Of a DNA stretch of 64,000 nt, positions 18,775 through 33,000 are shown piece after piece. Below the pieces are notes generated by a model. The model had not been told where the DNA came from. It made no database searches and worked only from the letters and a program-made list of their open reading frames with translations. Where the stretch lies: contig CAXHJY010001205.1 of the NCBI GenBank assembly GCA_964016885.1, forward strand, positions 1 through 64,000, given 5' to 3'. Position numbers and translations under genes: made by a program. Within the stretch, counting starts at the first letter, position 1. Each line of letters begins with the position of its first letter. The DNA is from Eledone cirrhosa (taxonomy: Eukaryota).

Positions 18775-18921
18775 TCATATATATTCTATACTTACATACA
18801 TACTCGCATGTATAGGTAACTATACACATATACATACACACACACATATATATATATACATACATATATATACATACACACATATATATATATACATACA
18901 TACATATATATACATACACAC

Positions 18922-18953
<32 letters not shown>

Positions 18954-19103
18954 ACATATATATACATATATGTATGTATACACATATGTATATATATATA
19001 TATATAAATATATATATACATATATACATATATGTATGTATACACATATGTATATATATATAAATATATATACATATATACATATATGTATGTATACACA
19101 TAC

Positions 19104-19143
<40 letters not shown>

Positions 19144-19486
19144 GTATGTGTATACATATATATATAAGAAGAGAAAAAAAGAGAGTACTATTGTATAGAA
19201 TTATCGACTAAATCTGAACCAGTCATTATTTCAAAGCTAAGATGTCCGCCTCCACCACCACCAGCTCTCTCTCTCTTCTCTCTCTCTCTCTCTACCTCTC
19301 TCTACTTGTAACAAAAAGCTGCCACTGACATGAGAACCTCTTAACAAGTGGTCTTTAATTGTAAACCTTCTTACATTGTTCGTTGGTTTCATGCAAAGTA
19401 AGATCTTGGTACAGTTATATTGAGCAATTTGTCGTGCAGCTTAGATCTATCTTTGTAAAGTTATTGCTTAATCTTAGCTTAAAATT

Positions 19487-20893
19487 GGTGGATTGGCAGT
19501 ATCGGTAGAGGGTCGGACGCCATGCTTTCCAGCATAGAGTTACGTCCCTTTACGATCCGAGTTCAAATCCCGCCTACGTTGACTTTGCCTTTCATCCTTA
19601 CGGGGTCGATAAAATAAAGTACCAGTAATGCACTGGGTAATTGCTGGTAATTGTGCCAAAAGTAGAAACAATTATTTAATGTTTACAGGCGGTGGATTGG
19701 CAGTATCGGTAGAGGGTCGGACGCCATGCTAGGGCGGTGGATTGGCAGTATCGGTAGAGGGTCGGACGCCATGCTAGGGCGGTGGATTGGCAGTATCGGT
19801 AGAGGGTCGGACGCCATGCTAGGGCGGTGGATTGGCAGTATCGGTAGAGGGTCGGACGCCATGCTAGGGCGGTGGATTGGCAGTATCGGTAGAGGGTCGG
19901 ACGCCATGCTAGGGCGGTGGATTGGCAGTATCGGTAGAGGGTCGGACGCCATGCTAGGGCGGTGGATTGGCAGTATCGGTAGAGGGTCGGACGCCATGCT
20001 AGGGCGGTGGATTGGCAGTATCGGTAGAGGGTCGGACGCCATGCTAGGGCGGTGGATTGGCAGTATCGGTAGAGGGTCGGACGCCATGCTAGGGCGGTGG
20101 ATTGGCAGTATCGGTAGAGGGTCGGACGCCATGCTAGGGCGGTGGATTGGCAGTATCGGTAGAGGGTCGGACGCCATGCTAGGGCGGTGGATTGGCAGTA
20201 TCGGTAGAGGGTCGGACGCCATGCTAGGGCGGTGGATTGGCAGTATCGGTAGAGGGTCGGACGCCATGCTTTCCAGCATAGAGTTACGTTCCTTTACGAT
20301 CTGAGTTCAAATCCCGCCGAGGTTGACTTTGCCTTTCATCCTTATGGGGTCGATAAAATAAAGTACCAGTAATGCACTGGGTAATTGCTGGTAATTGTGC
20401 CAAAAGTAGAAACAATTATTTAATGTTTACAGGCGGTGGATTGGCAGTATCGGTAGAGGGTCGGACGCCATGCTAGGGCGGTGGATTGGCAGTATCGGTA
20501 GAGGGTCGGACGCCATGCTAGGGCGGTGGATTGGCAGTATCGGTAGAGGGTCGGACGCCATGCTAGGGCGGTGGATTGGCAGTATCGGTAGAGGGTCGGA
20601 CGCCATGCTAGGGCGGTGGATTGGCAGTATCGGTAGAGGGTCGGACGCCATGCTAGGGCGGTGGATTGGCAGTATCGGTAGAGGGTCGGACGCCATGCTA
20701 GGGCGGTGGATTGGCAGTATCGGTAGAGGGTCAGACGCCATGCTTTCCAGCATAGAGTTACGTCCCTTTACGATCTGAGTTCAAATCCCGCCGAGGTTGA
20801 CTTTGCCTTTCATCCTTACAGGGTCGATAAAATAAAGTACCAGTAATGCACTGGGTAATTGCTGGCCTTGTGCCTAAAGTAGAAACAGTTATT
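19487..20893 (+). mobile_element. Three tandem SINE family 2 copies with the 45-bp 5' head amplified about 13 and 7 times
   Basis: Unit GGCGGTGGATTGGCAGTATCGGTAGAGGGTCGGACGCCATGCTAG; 20-bp direct repeat AGTTATTGCTTAATCTTAGC at 19459-19478 and 20887-20906. Confidence 0.9.
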
Positions 20894-21099
20894 GCTTAAT
20901 CTTAGCCAAACGAGGATTTCGCTTTAGTACAATGTTTGTGTGTGTTTGTGTGGGTTTGTATGTGTGTGTGTGGGGCAGTTTGTAAGTGTGGGTGTGTGTG
21001 TGTGTGTGTGGGGTGAACTAATGTGTGTGGGGGTGGGTGATTGGGTGTATGTGTGTGGGTTGTAAGTATTTCAGGCAGATAGGAGTGTTGTTCAGTATG

Positions 21100-21360
21100 T
21101 TGGATGGTGATGATGATGATGTTGATGGTGGTGGTGGTGGTGGTGGTGGTGGTGGTGGTGGTGGTGGTGGTGGTGGTGGGGATTATGATGATGATGGTGT
21201 TGGTGATGGTAGTGGTGGTGGTGGTGTTGGTGGTGGTGATGATGATGGTGGTAGTGTTGGTGGTGGTGGTGGCGGTGGCGGTGGTGTTGGCGGTGATGAT
21301 GGTGGTGGTGATGGTGATTATGATGATGATGGTGGTGTTGGTGGTGCTGGTGTTGGTGTA
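21100..21360. repeat. (GGT)/(GAT) microsatellite
   Basis: Directly visible. Confidence 0.95.
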
Positions 21361-21423
21361 AAAATAAATGCGAGTATCTTGGTCACCATATAAACCTTTC
21401 AGATAACCCTTGAACATATATAC

Positions 21424-21694
21424 CAGGCAATCGCAACCTTTTTCGAGAAGTGGGCCCCATGAGATATGGCTCATCATCAGGCAGGCCGCAAGCGCTAATT
21501 TACATTCGTGCCCACATTAAAAAAAGGGTGGTAACTCAGGTTGTTTTCATTTGTTTCCTCAGAATTTGTACACGTTGCTTTCCTCGATCGTAAAATTGAT
21601 AGAAAGATAAATTATGACTGAAAAGTTGGAGTAAAAAAAATCAGAAAGATTTAACTTAGGTGACTTAGGTGGCGCTGCAGGTTGCTTATGACTG
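21424..21694. mobile_element. hAT (Charlie-like) MITE
   Basis: Ends CAGGCAATCGCAACCT / AGGTTGCTTATGACTG; 8-bp target-site duplication ATATATAC at 21416-21423 and 21695-21702. Confidence 0.7.
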
Positions 21695-21704
21695 ATATAT
21701 ACAG

Positions 21705-21994
21705 ACAAAAAACACCCAGTCCATGCTGTAAAGTGGTCATGTAGGTGTCATGACAAAAAGCACCCAGTACTCACTGTATAGTGATCATGTCGGTGTCACA
21801 ACAAAAAGCACCCAGTCCACACTGTAAATGTGGTTGACGTTAGGAAGGGCATCCAGCTGTAGAAACCAAGCCAGTAACAGTTCTATATGAGCAAGACATG
21901 GTCACCTGACCTGGCATTTCTCGCAACAGGACAACTCGTCTAACCCATGCTAGTGTGGAAAGTGGACGTTAAACGATGATGATGATGATGATGA
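21705..21994 (+). mobile_element. RTE-type 3' UTR/tail fragment with three ~41-bp repeats
   Basis: AAAAGCACCCAG...CACTGTAAA units, then TAGGAAGGGCATCCAGCTGTAGAAA...(GAT)n. Confidence 0.8.
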
Positions 21995-22068
21995 ATGACT
22001 ATTATCAAACAAAAAAATTAAAAACAAAAAAATATAACAAAGCAAATTATGCACTGATGAAATATTGT

Positions 22069-22186
22069 TTCTACGTTTGGCACAAGGCCAGCAATTAACC
22101 CCAGTGCATTACTGGTACTTTATTTTATCGACCCCGTAAGGATGAAAGGCAAAGTTAACCTTGGCGGGAGGGACTTGAACTCAGAA
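22069..22186 (-). mobile_element. 5'-truncated SINE family 2 with 14-bp target-site duplication
   Basis: TGATGAAATATTGT at 22055-22068 and 22187-22200. Confidence 0.8.
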
Positions 22187-22564
22187 TGATGAAATATTGT
22201 GAGACTGAAGGTAGTAAATGTTGAAGATGATTGTTTCATTAAGTTTTTATTGATGAATTATCGAGGTACATGCTGGTTTATTTTGTAGCCAAGCTGTTGC
22301 TGCCAAAATTTGTATTGATACCAAAATATGGCAAAGAAAGAAATCTTAGTAATAAACCGGTAACTAAATATACACAGAAATCAAGTAAGTGGTATATTCT
22401 CATTAACAGTGTAGTGTAAATCTCAGTGAAGTGTCAAAAATGGAAACCTATCTACTAGAATAAGGATATTTTACTAACAGAAAACAAACTAACACTTGAT
22501 GAAACTATTTCTTTGTTGGTGGGGGAAGGGGATAATAATAATGGTAATGATGATAATGAAAATT

Positions 22565-22681
22565 ATTGTGTACAGTGCTCAGGTGCACTACAACTCATCA
22601 AATGTGCATGTATAGTACAAAGAATAATGTACAAATGTCAGGAAAGTGAACAATGAGTCATAATATACACAGACACCTCCC

Positions 22682-22734
<53 letters not shown>

Positions 22735-22873
22735 GATAATGATAGTTATTGTGTACAGTGCTCAGGTGCACTACAACTCATCAAAGGTGCATGTATAGTG
22801 CATAGAATAATGTACAAATGTCAGGAAAGTGAACAGTGTATGAATCATGTTATACACAGACACACATCCCCCC
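22565..22873. repeat. Direct duplication (~115 bp) separated by (TA)n
   Basis: TTATTGTGTACAGTGCTCAGGTGCACTACAACTCATCAAA... occurs at about 22563 and 22746. Confidence 0.85.
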
Positions 22874-23112
22874 CACAGTGTTGGTCAAAAGAAGACTTGA
22901 TCTACATGAAGGTTAACCTGCACTTGATGTCATCCCAGTTGCGTCTGACTCTTATGTACTTGGGGGAGGGGGGGAGGGGTCTTCATCAAACCCAAACAGC
23001 CAGAGCTGACATGAGTTTCTGGTCCATGTCTAGTTCTGACTTCTTGTTGAGAACCTCTCTGACAAGGGTGCAGCTGAAGGTTGACATCCTCCCACTTATG
23101 TCAGATACCTAT

Positions 23113-23443
23113 GGAGGCACATGGCTTAGTGGTTAGAGCATTGGCCTTGCAATCAAAAGGTTGTGAGTTCAATTCTCAGACCAGGTGATGTGTTGTTTCC
23201 TTGAGCAAGACACTTTATTTCACATTGCTCCAGTTTACTCAGCTGTAGAAATGAGATAATAGGGACTGGGGTCCCTATCATTCCACTGCAAAGGAGGTGC
23301 CACGGCAAAAAAGCACCCAGCACTCACTGTAAATGAGGTTGGTGTTAGGAAGGGCATCCAGCTGTAGAAATCAAGCCAGCATCAGTTCCCGTCCCACCCT
23401 TGCAAGCAGGGAAAAGCGTTGTAAAATGAAATGATGATGATGA
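23113..23443 (+). mobile_element. SINE family 1, full length
   Basis: GGAGGCACATGGCTTAGTGG head through to the (GAT)n tail. Confidence 0.9.
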
Positions 23444-24304
23444 TATATTTATATATATATATATCATCATCATCATCATCGTTTAAGTCTCCTCTTCTTT
23501 AAGTCTCCTCCTACATATTGAGGGAGAGCTGACTCGAGCTTCTGGTCCATGTCTAGTTCTGACTCCTTGTTGAGAACCTCTCTGACGAGGGTACAGCTAC
23601 AAGTGATGGTACCAAGTCAAATGTTACCATGTCGGAACTTTACAGACTAGTTCAGTGCAGTGTCAATTGATGGTATCAAGTTTATTGAAGTGATTCATAT
23701 GAGGGGGAAGTGAATAGGTTTTAAATAAACTGTGTGGGTGTGTGGTTGAATTAAAGTGTGTGGGTGTGTGTGGTTGAATTAAAGTGTGTGAGTGTATGAA
23801 ATAAAGTGTCTAACAGTATGAGTTAGTATGTGGCTGAGTTAGTATGTGTGTGTGAGTGAGTTAATATGTGTCAGTTAGTGTGTGAGTGAGAGACTGTGTG
23901 TATTTCAGCTTGATTTAAATTTGCTGAGGATGTCAATGGTTGAGTGACTTGGAGAACTAAAGTGTGTGTGTGTGTTAGTGAATAGTTGTGTGAGCGAGTG
24001 TGTGTGTGTAATGATGATGATGATGATGATAATCAAAAGAACGTCAAACATAAAAGAAGAGATTGAAACAAAGATATATATATATATATAAAGATATATA
24101 TATATATCTTTATATATATATATATATAAATATATATCTTTATATATATATATATATCTTTATATATATATATATATCTTTATATATGTATATGTATATA
24201 TATATAGAGAGAGAGAGAGTGGGGCAGAGAGGGAGATGAAAGAAACATAGATAGGTTAATAGATACAAAAAGATAGAAAGAAAGACACTTAGAGGGAGAG
24301 AGGC

Positions 24305-24371
<67 letters not shown>

Positions 24372-25299
24372 GAGAGAGATTCAGTGTGAGAGATTGATAA
24401 AAAAATAATAGTGACACAGAAAGTGGTGGAGGAAAGAAGTATATCTAGATTGATTGATATAAAGGGAGAGAGATAAAGATAAAGGGAGACAGAGGGGATA
24501 AAGATGAGATATAGAGAGGGAAGGTGAGAAGAAGAAATTAGAGAACACTACCAAAAAAAAAAAAAAAATACACCACACCTCCAGTAAAAGACCACATTAG
24601 CGTCTAAACCAAATAAGATATTTCACAGTTGATATATTCCTAAGATTCCATAACATTTCCTGTAAAACCTTATTTTCTTTAGGACATTCTTCAAAAGATA
24701 GATTTTCTTGTCGAAATAAATTTCAATTGGTTTATGAATATTTGCATCCGAAACCATTTCCAAAGAAAGCTAGGAAATCGTTTGCAATTGATGGATGGCT
24801 CTCAAGATGGTTTTCTCTCTAAAAATAGCAAAACGGTTTTTGCGGTAAACTGCACATAAATAATAGGGTACATTAAGTGTATTTTCCGCTAAGTTTCCTC
24901 TAATCTAGATGCCATTGTATCGCTACACTGTATAACTCTCATTGGACTTCGGTCGTTGTAGAATATTCCATGAGGGGGGGAAAAAAGAAAAGAAATGTTG
25001 TTATCATGGCACATAAAAGCAAGTATATGAAACAGAAATTATCAAATCTTTAGAGAATTATTTTAACATTTTGCTTTATATATATATATATATATATATT
25101 AAGTTTTGGTAATTTGAAAAAGTTATTTTTGGAGAGAGAGACAGACAGTCAAGCAGATTGACTGACAGATAAATAGCTAGATAGAAAGGAAAATTAATTG
25201 CAATTTTCCCTGACATAGACACAAAATTTCAGGGGAAAAAATTGGTGGCAGGCAGAGGGAGATTTTGTGATGGTAATGGCAGCTTATACATGAGCAATG

Positions 25300-25469
25300 A
25301 AGGGAATTTAAGGCCACAACTAACATAATATCAAATCTATGAGATTTTAATATTATTTATTTTGAGAACAATACCTTAACATAAATATATGCAGCCAGTT
25401 ACTGCCAGTTTGAACAGAAAGAGGTGATAGAATTTAGGCCAAATACAGCCAGTTTAAATGCTAAAGGGT
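25300..25469. mobile_element. Partial piggyBac-type MITE (same family as 2682-2841)
   Basis: Ends TTTAAATGCTAAAGGG; internal sequence matches 46430-46580. Confidence 0.7.
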
Positions 25470-25719
25470 CAACCTTTTTGATGCCAGCCCAGCCAAAAAC
25501 AGACCTTGCTTAGATGAAAGAAAACTATACATTTTAAAGGTTTCTTATTTAAATTAAAGTCTTCCAGCATAATTTAAGAACATGTTAAGTTATCATCTTA
25601 GTGTAATTAAGATTTCTGCTTTGAAACCCAACAAAATCCCTTCCAGTTGACACCAGCTTACAAATTGTGAATTACTAGTTACTGTAATGTATCCAATGTT
25701 ACAGCTATGTGTACATCAG

Positions 25720-25865
25720 GGAATTGTCAGAGTTGTTAGAACATCGGATGGAGTACCTTGTGGTATTTGTTCTGGCTCTCTGCTCTATGAGTTCAAATCC
25801 CGCCGAGTTCAACTTTGCCTTTCATCCTTTTGAGGTCAATAAAAAAGTACCAGTCCTGTACTGGG
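25720..25865 (+). mobile_element. Degenerate SINE family 2
   Basis: GAGTTCAAATCCCGCCGAG...GCCTTTCATCC. Confidence 0.7.
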
Positions 25866-26036
25866 CTCTATTCTTCCTCTATATCTTCCTCACTCTTTTT
25901 CTCTCACTTTCTATCAGTTTCTGGAAGAAATCTGCTGTATTCAGACCTGGAGAGAGGTGGGTTCCCCAGGTTTAAAAATGCCCAAGAAACACTGCATGTT
26001 GCTATGGCACCCATACGACTCTACCAGGAGTTATGG

Positions 26037-26492
26037 GACCATACCATAGTATACCATACCATACTGTACCATACCATTCCATAGTATACCATACTGTACT
26101 ATACCATTCCATAGTATACCATACCATACTGTACCATACCATAGTATACCATACTGTACCATACCATACTATACCATTCCATAGTATACCATACTATACC
26201 ATACCATTCCATAGTATACCATACTGTACCATACCATACTATACCATTCCATAGTATACCATACTATACCATATCATACTATACCATACCATACCATACT
26301 ATACCATGCCATACCATATTATACCATGCCATACCATACCATAGTATACCATACTATACCATACCATTCCATACCATTCCATACCATTCCATAGTATACC
26401 ATACCATACTGTACCATACCATACCATACCATTCCATAGTATACCATACTATACTATACCATACTATACCATACCATTCCATAGTATACCAT
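26037..26492. repeat. (ATACC)n pentanucleotide microsatellite
   Basis: Directly visible. Confidence 0.95.
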
Positions 26493-27068
26493 AGCTATAT
26501 GTGTGTTGCTGGGATTTATCAGATAAAACTAGATTGACCATAAACCATATATGAAGAGCCCCAAAGAAAGCTGAAACATTGGTACTGAAATGAACCAATC
26601 CCAGACGATGGGGAGGAGTATTCTCTGCTGTTTGTATTAATTTGGCCATTATTTCAGGTCTGGCAATGTGAAAAATTGAACGGAAAATTATCAGAGACAT
26701 GAAGATGATCACATTAATGGTGCCTTATTGGGAAAGAGCCAGAAAAATCTAAACTGTATTTGTGCACATCTGTCAAAACATTAATTGTTCTTGTTCTGTT
26801 AAAGTTGCATGGTTTGCTTTGTAAGAAATCAGACACTGCAGTAAACAGCAGAGAAAGTAAAGTGTTGATGAGGACGATGAAGATGAAGAAAATGTGATAA
26901 ACAGATCGAAAGTAAAATAAATAGCTGGAGTAGACAGACTGAAGTTGAAGATTGCCTATTACAGTTGTCAGGCGATATTTTCTAAATTATCTGACATGGC
27001 ATAAACACGGCACACATGATGAAACAACAACAGCAAACAAAAAAAACTAAAGTAGAAACAAAAACATT

Positions 27069-30000
27069 GCTCAAATTATTACAGTTATCAGGCGATATTT
27101 TGTAGCTAGCCTAACATGACACAACATGGCAGCCATGATGAGGAACAAAAAGAAATCCTTGGCCAAATTATTACAGTTATCAGCCGATATTTTGTAGCTA
27201 GCCTAACATGACACAACATGGCAGCCATGATGAGGAACAAAAAGAAATCCTTGGCCAAATTATTACAGTTATCAGGCGATATTTTGTAGCTAGCCTAACA
27301 TGACACAACATGGCAGCCATGATGAGGAACAAAAAGAAATCCTTGGCCAAATTATTACAGTTATCAGCCGATATTTTGTAGCTAGCCTAACATGACACAA
27401 CATGGCAGCCATGATGAGGAACAAAAAGAAATCCTTGGCCAAATTATTACAGTTATCAGGCGATATTTTGTAGCTAGCCTAACATGACACAACATGGCAG
27501 CCATGATGAGGAACAAAAAGAAATCCTTGGCCAAATTATTACAGTTATCAACCGATATTTTGTAGCTAGCCTAACATGACACAACATGGCAGCCATGATG
27601 AGGAACAAAAAGAAATCCTTGGCCAAATTATTACAGTTATCAACCGATATTTTGTAGCTAGCCTAACATGACACAACATGGCAGCCATGATGAGGAACAA
27701 AAAGAAATCCTTGGCCAAATTATTACAGTTATCAACCGATATTTTGTAGCTAGCCTAACATGACACAACATGGCAGCCATGATGAGGAACAAAAAGAAAT
27801 CCTTGGCCAAATTATTACAGTTATCAGCCGATATTTTGTAGCTAGCCTAACATGACACAACATGGCAGCCATGATGAGGAACAAAAAGAAATCCTTGGCC
27901 AAATTATTACAGTTATCAACCGATATTTTGTAGCTAGCCTAACATGACACAACATGGCAGCCATGATGAGGAACAAAAAGAAATCCTTGGCCAAATTATT
28001 ACAGTTATCAACCGATATTTTGTAGCTAGCCTAACATGACACAACATGGCAGCCATGATGAGGAACAAAAAGAAATCCTTGGCCAAATTATTACAGTTAT
28101 CAGGCGATATTTTGTAGCTAGCCTAACATGACACAACATGGCAGCCATGATGAGGAACAAAAAGAAATCCTTGGCCAAATTATTACAGTTATCAACCGAT
28201 ATTTTGTAGCTAGCCTAACATGACACAACATGGCAGCCATGATGAGGAACAAAAAGAAATCCTTGGCCAAATTATTACAGTTATCAGGCGATATTTTGTA
28301 GCTAGCCTAACATGACACAACATGGCAGCCATGATGAGGAACAAAAAGAAATCCTTGGCCAAATTATTACAGTTATCAACCGATATTTTGTAGCTAGCCT
28401 AACATGACACAACATGGCAGCCATGATGAGGAACAAAAAGAAATCCTTGGCCAAATTATTACAGTTATCAACCGATATTTTGTAGCTAGCCTAACATGAC
28501 ACAACATGGCAGCCATGATGAGGAACAAAAAGAAATCCTTGGCCAAATTATTACAGTTATCAACCGATATTTTGTAGCTAGCCTAACATGACACAACATG
28601 GCAGCCATGATGAGGAACAAAAAGAAATCCTTGGCCAAATTATTACAGTTATCAGCCGATATTTTGTAGCTAGCCTAACATGACACAACATGGCAGCCAT
28701 GATGAGGAACAAAAAGAAATCCTTGGCCAAATTATTACAGTTATCAGGCGATATTTTGTAGCTAGCCTAACATGACACAACATGGCAGCCATGATGAGGA
28801 ACAAAAAGAAATCCTTGGCCAAATTATTACAGTTATCAGGCGATATTTTGTAGCTAGCCTAACATGACACAACATGGCAGCCATGATGAGGAACAAAAAG
28901 AAATCCTTGGCCAAATTATTACAGTTATCAACCGATATTTTGTAGCTAGCCTAACATGACACAACATGGCAGCCATGATGAGGAACAAAAAGAAATCCTT
29001 GGCCAAATTATTACAGTTATCAACCGATATTTTGTAGCTAGCCTAACATGACACAACATGGCAGCCATGATGAGGAACAAAAAGAAATCCTTGGCCAAAT
29101 TATTACAGTTATCAGCCGATATTTTGTAGCTAGCCTAACATGACACAACATGGCAGCCATGATGAGGAACAAAAAGAAATCCTTGGCCAAATTATTACAG
29201 TTATCAACCGATATTTTGTAGCTAGCCTAACATGACACAACATGGCAGCCATGATGAGGAACAAAAAGAAATCCTTGGCCAAATTATTACAGTTATCAAC
29301 CGATATTTTGTAGCTAGCCTAACATGACACAACATGGCAACCATGATGAGGAACAAAAAGAAATCCTTGGCCAAATTATTACAGTTATCAGGCGATATTT
29401 TGTAGCTAGCCTAACATGACACAACATGGCAGCCATGATGAGGAACAAAAAGAAATCCTTGGCCAAATTATTACAGTTATCAACCGATATTTTGTAGCTA
29501 GCCTAACATGACACAACATGGCAGCCATGATGAGGAACAAAAAGAAATCCTTGGCCAAATTATTACAGTTATCAGGCGATATTTTGTAGCTAGCCTAACA
29601 TGACACAACATGGCAGCCATGATGAGGAACAAAAAGAAATCCTTGGCCAAATTATTACAGTTATCAACCGATATTTTGTAGCTAGCCTAACATGACACAA
29701 CATGGCAGCCATGATGAGGAACAAAAAGAAATCCTTGGCCAAATTATTACAGTTATCAGGCGATATTTTGTAGCTAGCCTAACATGACACAACATGGCAG
29801 CCATGATGAGGAACAAAAAGAAATCCTTGGCCAAATTATTACAGTTATCAGGCGATATTTTGTAGCTAGCCTAACATGACACAACATGGCAGCCATGATG
29901 AGGAACAAAAAGAAATCCTTGGCCAAATTATTACAGTTATCAACCGATATTTTGTAGCTAGCCTAACATGACACAACATGGCAGCCATGATGAGGAACAA

Positions 30001-33000
30001 AAAGAAATCCTTGGCCAAATTATTACAGTTATCAGGCGATATTTTGTAGCTAGCCTAACATGACACAACATGGCAGCCATGATGAGGAACAAAAAGAAAT
30101 CCTTGGCCAAATTATTACAGTTATCAACCGATATTTTGTAGCTAGCCTAACATGACACAACATGGCAGCCATGATGAGGAACAAAAAGAAATCCTTGGCC
30201 AAATTATTACAGTTATCAGGCGATATTTTGTAGCTAGCCTAACATGACACAACATGGCAGCCATGATGAGGAACAAAAAGAAATCCTTGGCCAAATTATT
30301 ACAGTTATCAGGCGATATTTTGTAGCTAGCCTAACATGACACAACATGGCAGCCATGATGAGGAACAAAAAGAAATCCTTGGCCAAATTATTACAGTTAT
30401 CAGGCGATATTTTGTAGCTAGCCTAACATGACACAACATGGCAGCCATGATGAGGAACAAAAAGAAATCCTTGGCCAAATTATTACAGTTATCAGGCGAT
30501 ATTTTGTAGCTAGCCTAACATGACACAACATGGCAGCCATGATGAGGAACAAAAAGAAATCCTTGGCCAAATTATTACAGTTATCAGGCGATATTTTGTA
30601 GCTAGCCTAACATGACACAACATGGCAGCCATGATGAGGAACAAAAAGAAATCCTTGGCCAAATTATTACAGTTATCAACCGATATTTTGTAGCTAGCCT
30701 AACATGACACAACATGGCAGCCATGATGAGGAACAAAAAGAAATCCTTGGCCAAATTATTACAGTTATCAACCGATATTTTGTAGCTAGCCTAACATGAC
30801 ACAACATGGCAGCCATGATGAGGAACAAAAAGAAATCCTTGGCCAAATTATTACAGTTATCAACCGATATTTTGTAGCTAGCCTAACATGACACAACATG
30901 GCAGCCATGATGAGGAACAAAAAGAAATCCTTGGCCAAATTATTACAGTTATCAACCGATATTTTGTAGCTAGCCTAACATGACACAACATGGCAGCCAT
31001 GATGAGGAACAAAAAGAAATCCTTGGCCAAATTATTACAGTTATCAACCGATATTTTATAGCTAGCCTAACATGACACAACATGGCAGCCATGATGAGGA
31101 ACAAAAAGAAATCCTTGGCCAAATTATTACAGTTATCAGGCGATATTTTGTAGCTAGCCTAACATGACACAACATGGCAGCCTTGATGAGGAACAAAAAG
31201 AAATCCTTGGCCAAATTATTACAGTTATCAGGCGATATTTTGTAGCTAGCCTAACATGACACAACATGGCAGCCATGATGAGGAACAAAAAGAAATCCTT
31301 GGCCAAATTATTACAGTTATCAGGCGATATTTTGTAGCTAGCCTAACATGACACAACATGGCAGCCATGATGAGGAACAAAAAGAAATCCTTGGCCAAAT
31401 TATTACAGTTATCAGGCGATATTTTGTAGCTAGCCTAACATGACACAACATGGCAGCCATGATGAGGAACAAAAAGAAATCCTTGGCCAAATTATTACAG
31501 TTATCAGGCGATATTTTGTAGCTAGCCTAACATGACACAACATGGCAGCCATGATGAGGAACAAAAAGAAATCCTTGGCCAAATTATTACAGTTATCAAC
31601 CGATATTTTGTAGCTAGCCTAACATGACACAACATGGCAGCCATGATGAGGAACAAAAAGAAATCCTTGGCCAAATTATTACAGTTATCAACCGATATTT
31701 TGTAGCTAGCCTAACATGACACAACATGGCAGCCATGATGAGGAACAAAAAGAAATCCTTGGCCAAATTATTACAGTTATCAACCGATATTTTGTAGCTA
31801 GCCTAACATGACACAACATGGCAGCCATGATGAGGAACAAAAAGAAATCCTTGGCCAAATTATTACAGTTATCAACCGATATTTTGTAGCTAGCCTAACA
31901 TGACAAAACATGGCAGCCATGATGAGGAACAAAAAGAAATCCTTGGCCAAATTATTACAGTTATCAACCGATATTTTGTAGCTAGCCTAACATGACACAA
32001 CATGGCAGCCATGATGAGGAACAAAAAGAAATCCTTGGCCAAATTATTACAGTTATCAGGCGATATTTTGTAGCTAGCCTAACATGACACAACATGGCAG
32101 CCTTGATGAGGAACAAAAAGAAATCCTTGGCCAAATTATTACAGTTATCAGGCGATATTTTGTAGCTAGCCTAACATGACACAACATGGCAGCCTTGATG
32201 AGGAACAAAAAGAAATCCTTGGCCAAATTATTACAGTTATCAAGCGATATTTTGTAGCTAGCCTAACATGACACAACATGGCAGCCATGATGAGGAACAA
32301 AAGCAAATCCTTGGCCAAATTATTACAGTTATCAAGCGATATTTTGTAGCTAGCCTAACATGACACAACATGGCAGCCATGATGAGGAACAAAAAGAAAT
32401 CCTTGGCCAAATTATTACAGTTATCAGGCGATATTTTGTAGCTAGCCTAACATGACACAACATGGCAGCCATGATGAGGAACAAAAGCAAATCCTTGGCC
32501 AAATTATTACAGTTATCAGGCGATATTTTGTAGCTAGCCTAACATGACACAACATGGCAGCCTTGATGAGGAACAAAAAGAAATCCTTGGCCAAATTATT
32601 ACAGTTATCAGGCGATATTTTGTAACTAGCCTAACATGACACAACATGGCAGCCATGATGAGGAACAAAAGCAAATCCTTGGCCAAATTATTACAGTTAT
32701 CAGGCCATATTTTGTAGCTAGCCTAACATGACACAACATGGCAGCCATGATGAGGAACAAAAGCAAATCCTTGGCCAAATTATTACAGTTATCAAGCGAT
32801 ATTTTGTAGCTAGCCTAACATGACACAACATGGCAGCCATGATGAGGAACAAAAAGAAATCCTTGGCCAAATTATTACAGTTATCAGGCGATATTTTGTA
32901 GCTAGCCTAACATGACACAACATGGCAGCCATGATGAGGAACAAAAGCAAATCCTTGGCCAAATTATTACAGTTATCAGGCGATATTTTGTAGCTAGCCT

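Noticed and set aside
19683-20778. 15-aa repeat ORFs on both strands
   Set aside because: A 45-bp SINE-head tandem that happens to lack stops.
27131-27165. ATGATGA...GAAA in the 92-bp unit as a tandem hammerhead or C/D snoRNA
   Set aside because: C3 is missing, the region between the motifs cannot form stem II, and the unit has no CTGA D box.
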